A stretch of 64,000 nucleotides of DNA from Macrostomum lignano (lineage: Eukaryota): positions 209,301-273,300 of the forward strand of contig NIVC01001087.1 of NCBI GenBank assembly GCA_002269645.1, given 5' to 3'. Positions 60,336 through 64,000 of the stretch are shown piece by piece; positions within the stretch are counted from its first letter, which is position 1; each line of letters begins with the position of its first letter. The position numbers were made by a program, and so were the translations under genes. Under the pieces are notes generated by a model. That model was not told the DNA's origin, did not search any database, and worked only from the letters and a program-made list of their open reading frames with translations.

Positions 60336-61189
60336 CCTAATCAAATGTCTATCATGGTCGAAGCCCATGTGAGATAAGCTAGCTATCTGATTGTTTGAAT
60401 CTATAAAAATTTTATTGTGTAAAAATAAATAAACAACAATTAATTTTAAATAATACACCACCCTGCTTTGTTTATTATTAAACAAGTGAGCTTTTGTTTA
60501 AAAAAGACACATTGATACGAGTAAGAAAAGTTTTCTTTTAAAAAGACCAACAAATAGACAGCAATTTTATACGATTATATTAAACAAATTAAAACTGTTA
60601 AAAATAGACGGATACTAATAGATTAAAATAGAAAGGCAAAAACTGAATTATAAGTATATAACAGCTAAACAATGCGCTGTACAAAAGGACAACTGTATAA
60701 ACTGCACTAAACAAAATGAGCTGAAATTCCAGTTATAATACGCACATAGCAACACCGTAAATTATTGATATTTGTTTTAATAAAAGAACAAACTCAAATT
60801 GCACTAAATGATACGGTGTGTTGTCAATTTAAATCATAAAATAAGTAAATATATAAAAGGTCGCACCGGAACAGAGCAGCGGTTTGTTCTCAAAAAAGAC
60901 TTAAATTAACATTTCGGGATGCCAAAATAACACAATAAAAGAAAGACCGGCTTGAACTCTTTGTTTTATAGATAAAGGTACAGTTTCAAAAAAAGAGTAC
61001 AAAGAGTTAGTATTATAGGTAAATAGCATATAGTTACCAAGCGTATTCTAACCATGTTTTTGACAACTGAGATAGAAGAAACGGCCTGTTCTTGCACTAA
61101 CCTCGGTGCTTGTTGCCTCAGGAGCAAAGAATGATTAAGCATTTAACTTGATGTTACACAAGTGAACGCAAGACAGAAGCAACTCAGAC

Positions 61190-61720
61190 TAAGGGCAGGT
61201 CCGAGCCATCTCAGCCAATGAGAGCAGTAAGAGTAAGGAGAGAGGTCAAACTTAGCTGGACGAAACTCAGCCTAAGGGGGGCAGGCCCAATCTAGCTCAG
61301 CCAATGAGAGAGCAGTAAGGAGAGAGTTCAGTCAGACGACGAAACGCAGCCTAGGAGCAGGCCCAATCTAGCTCAGCCAATGAGAGAGCAGTAAGGAGAG
61401 AGTTCAGTCAGACGGACGAAACGCAGCCTAGGAGCAGGCCCAATCTAGCTCAGCCAATGAGAGCAGTAAGGAGAGAGTTTAGTCAGACGGACGAAACGCA
61501 GCCTAGGAGCAGGCCCAATTAGCTCAGCCAATGAGAGCAGTAAGGAGAGAGTTTAGTCAGACGGACGAAACGCAGCCTAGGAAGGCCCAATCTAGCTCAG
61601 CCAATGAGAGCAGTAAGGAGAGAGTTCAGTCAGACGGACGAAACGCAGCCTAGCAGCAGGGCAATCTAGCTCAACCAAAGAGAAAGCAGTAAGGAGAGAG
61701 GTCGCCAGACAAACGAAACT
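61190..61720. repeat. ~75-bp tandem repeat, 7 units, most with two CCAAT motifs (ggcccaatctagctcagccaatgagagcag)
   Basis: AGCCAATGAG at ~61216, 61301, 61377, 61454, 61528, 61601; variant at ~61675. Confidence 0.92.
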
Positions 61721-62614
61721 CCGCTTCAAAACTTTAACATCAAAACATATAAATTTAGATGTTAGAATTTTTAAGTGTGGCGTTTCTTCTACTTCAATTA
61801 TCTTCCATAGTTTCAACTATAGACTACTTATATTCGTAAGAAAAAGTAGCAAAAAAGCAAAAAAGCGGTAAAACTTAGCGCACGGTGCGGACAGCAAGAA
61901 TATTGTTGATCGAACTTAGCACACATTTTATAAGCAAAACAACAAAACGAATGCAGAATATAAAGAGTAAGCTGAAAGTAGTATTTGAAGCAACTAATAT
62001 AAACAAATAGCACAGGCGATTAAAGTGTTATTAGCAAATAAGCGAGTTAGCTGGATAATAACATACAGCACTAATAAACAGTTAAAAAAATCAGATTGAA
62101 ATACACTATTTTGATTGAGATATAAGACGAAAATGCAATTTGAAAAAATCGACACATGAAACAGTTCTTATTCTTTACTGATTAGTTTTCTTTAAGGACA
62201 AATTAATTTTGTTTTATTTAGGTAATTTCATTAAACGATAGGGTTGAACAGGCTTAGGTAAACAGGTTCTTGCAGGTAACACAGGTAAAATAGGAAAGAA
62301 GTTACTCTAAAATGAAGAGGTGTCACGGTACAAGTCACCAAAGAGTCGTCTAAGAGTTTATTTGAGGCATTTTATTGTCTGCGACTCTGGGGCCAAGCGC
62401 TAAGCGTTAACACACACGACTTTTGGACTTATTGCGACTCTTACGATTCAGCAACTCACGTGATGCGCTAGCGACCGTCGGATTATGGTGTCATTTGATT
62501 ATTTAAAAAGTCAGAATAACGTTTTCAACTGAATTGACTGGAGAGTCTGACCCCCCCCCCCCAGCAACAGTAGCATAATAAACTGCATATTTACACATTA
62601 AATCACTAATTAAA

Positions 62615-62999
62615 TCAGCGAATCACTACAGGTGCCCAACGCAGGGCTTCTTCGTCCAATTTGGCCAATTCAACTGTACGTCGTCCGGCCCCGGCACCGC
62701 CGCTGCCCTGACGAACTCGACGACGATCTAGCAAGCGGCGTCGTAGTTTACTGGCGTCTACTTGAAGCTGTTGACGCTGCTGCAGCGGCTGAGCAGATGA
62801 CAGCTGCAGTAATTCCAGACGCTGCAGAGTGCCAGCCAGATCGTCAGCTTCAATGCCAGTGCTATAAGCCATTTCAGAGATTGAGAATTCTATGCTACTC
62901 AAGTCTGTAACAGCTGATGAACGAGGCCGATTCCAGTTTGTCAGTTGAGCCGAAAACTTTTGCTGATAGCCAGTCTAGCACTGCGTCTGTCCAATAGGC
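62615..62999 (-). CDS. Last coding exon of a MYST-family histone acetyltransferase (KAT6/7/8-type C-terminal winged helix); apparent 1-nt frameshift near 62958
   Basis: Acceptor TTGCAAG| then AYWTDAVLDWL; in the next frame SISEMAYSTGIEADDLAGTLQRLELL...LDEEALRWAP*. Matches MYST YW...I..IS..TGI...D...TL..L...ID...L.W.P. Upstream exons lie beyond the array or the window. Confidence 0.8.
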
Positions 63000-63099
63000 C
63001 TTGCAATGTTTTTGTAGGGGAAGGACAATTGATGCTTTTGTAGTAAAGGCTTCAAAATTAAAAAAAAATTCATAGAGTTTAATAAGATACTGAGATACA

Positions 63100-63930
63100 A
63101 ACACAGCCTAGATCGACAGACAGACAGGCAGCCATAAGGACGGACAACAAAGATAAACAAAAAATAAACAAGCTGAGACTGACAGACAAAGACAGCAAGG
63201 AAGGACAGATAAACAAACACACAGACAGACAGACACAGATAGCTAAGAGCGACAGACAGATAGCTGAGACCGACAGACAGATACACTTAAGACCGACAGA
63301 CACAGACAGCCGAGACCGACAGACAGATACACTTAAGACCGACAGACACAGACAGCCGAGACGACAGACAGATACACTTAAGATTAAGACGACAGACACA
63401 GACAGCCGAGACCGACAGACAGATACACTTAAGATTAAGACCGACAGACACATTCAGCTGAGACCGACAGACAGATAGCTGAGACCGACAGACAGATAGC
63501 TGAGACCGACAGACACAGATAGCTGAGACCGGCAGACACAGATAGCTGAGACCGACAGACACAGATAGCTCAGACCGACAGACACAGATAGCTGAGACCG
63601 ACAGACACAGATAGCTGAGACCGACAGACACAGATAGCTGAGACCGAAAGACACAGATAGCTCAGACGACAGACACAGATAGCTGAAACGACAGACAGAT
63701 ACACTTAAGACCGACAGATAGATACACTTAAGACGACAGACAGATACACTTAAGACGACAGACAGATACACTTAAGACCGACAGAAAGATACACTTAAGA
63801 CCGACAGACAGATACACTTAAGACCGACAGACAGATACACTTAAGACCGACAGACAGATACACTTAAGACCGACAGACAGATGCACTTAAGACCGACAGA
63901 CACAGACAGCCGAGACCGACAGACACATAA
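63100..63930. repeat. GACA-derived 22-23 bp minisatellites (gaccgacagacacagatagctga / gaccgacagacagatacacttaa), MYST intron
   Basis: Tandem units visible. Confidence 0.93.
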
Positions 63931-64000
63931 CCAAGGACCTGAGGTCAAAACGACACACAGACAGCAACCAGCGTACCGCAGACGCAACATGTCTGTACGA

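Noticed and set aside
1-64000. Spliced-leader RNA gene, rRNA or autonomous transposase/RT gene
   Set aside because: No flatworm SL-like sequence, rRNA motifs, or transposase, RT or Rep-helicase ORFs recognised by eye.

Overview
Eukaryotic (metazoan) genomic DNA, gene-dense and intron-containing, with no prokaryotic features. GC-rich exons with poly-Ala/Gln/Gly runs, minisatellite-filled introns and splice acceptors just before start codons suggest a free-living flatworm such as Macrostomum (inference only). Genes rebuilt by hand from splice sites and reading phase, in order: 3' end of an unidentified low-complexity nuclear protein (+); syntaxin-6 (-); CSPP1-like (+, 8 coding exons); an ANKRD34/63-like ankyrin gene (-), which appears to host an antisense Ly6/three-finger GPI-anchored gene (+) in an intron, missed by the ORF track; TTC13 (-, 13 exons, one GC-AG intron); GCC2/GCC185 (-); a short JARID2-N-terminus-like gene with no visible Jumonji domains (-); mRpL24 (-, 1-nt frameshift); 3' end of a MYST acetyltransferase (-). 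Mobile DNA: a head-to-tail dimer of a ~2.9-kb non-autonomous Helitron, two tRNA-derived SINE families, a hAT-type MITE and a fold-back element. Most introns over ~350 bp carry their own tandem array, and one 28-bp minisatellite recurs at four separate loci. Most long ORFs in the supplied track are artefacts of these repeats. All family assignments rest on motifs recalled from memory; no database search was run.
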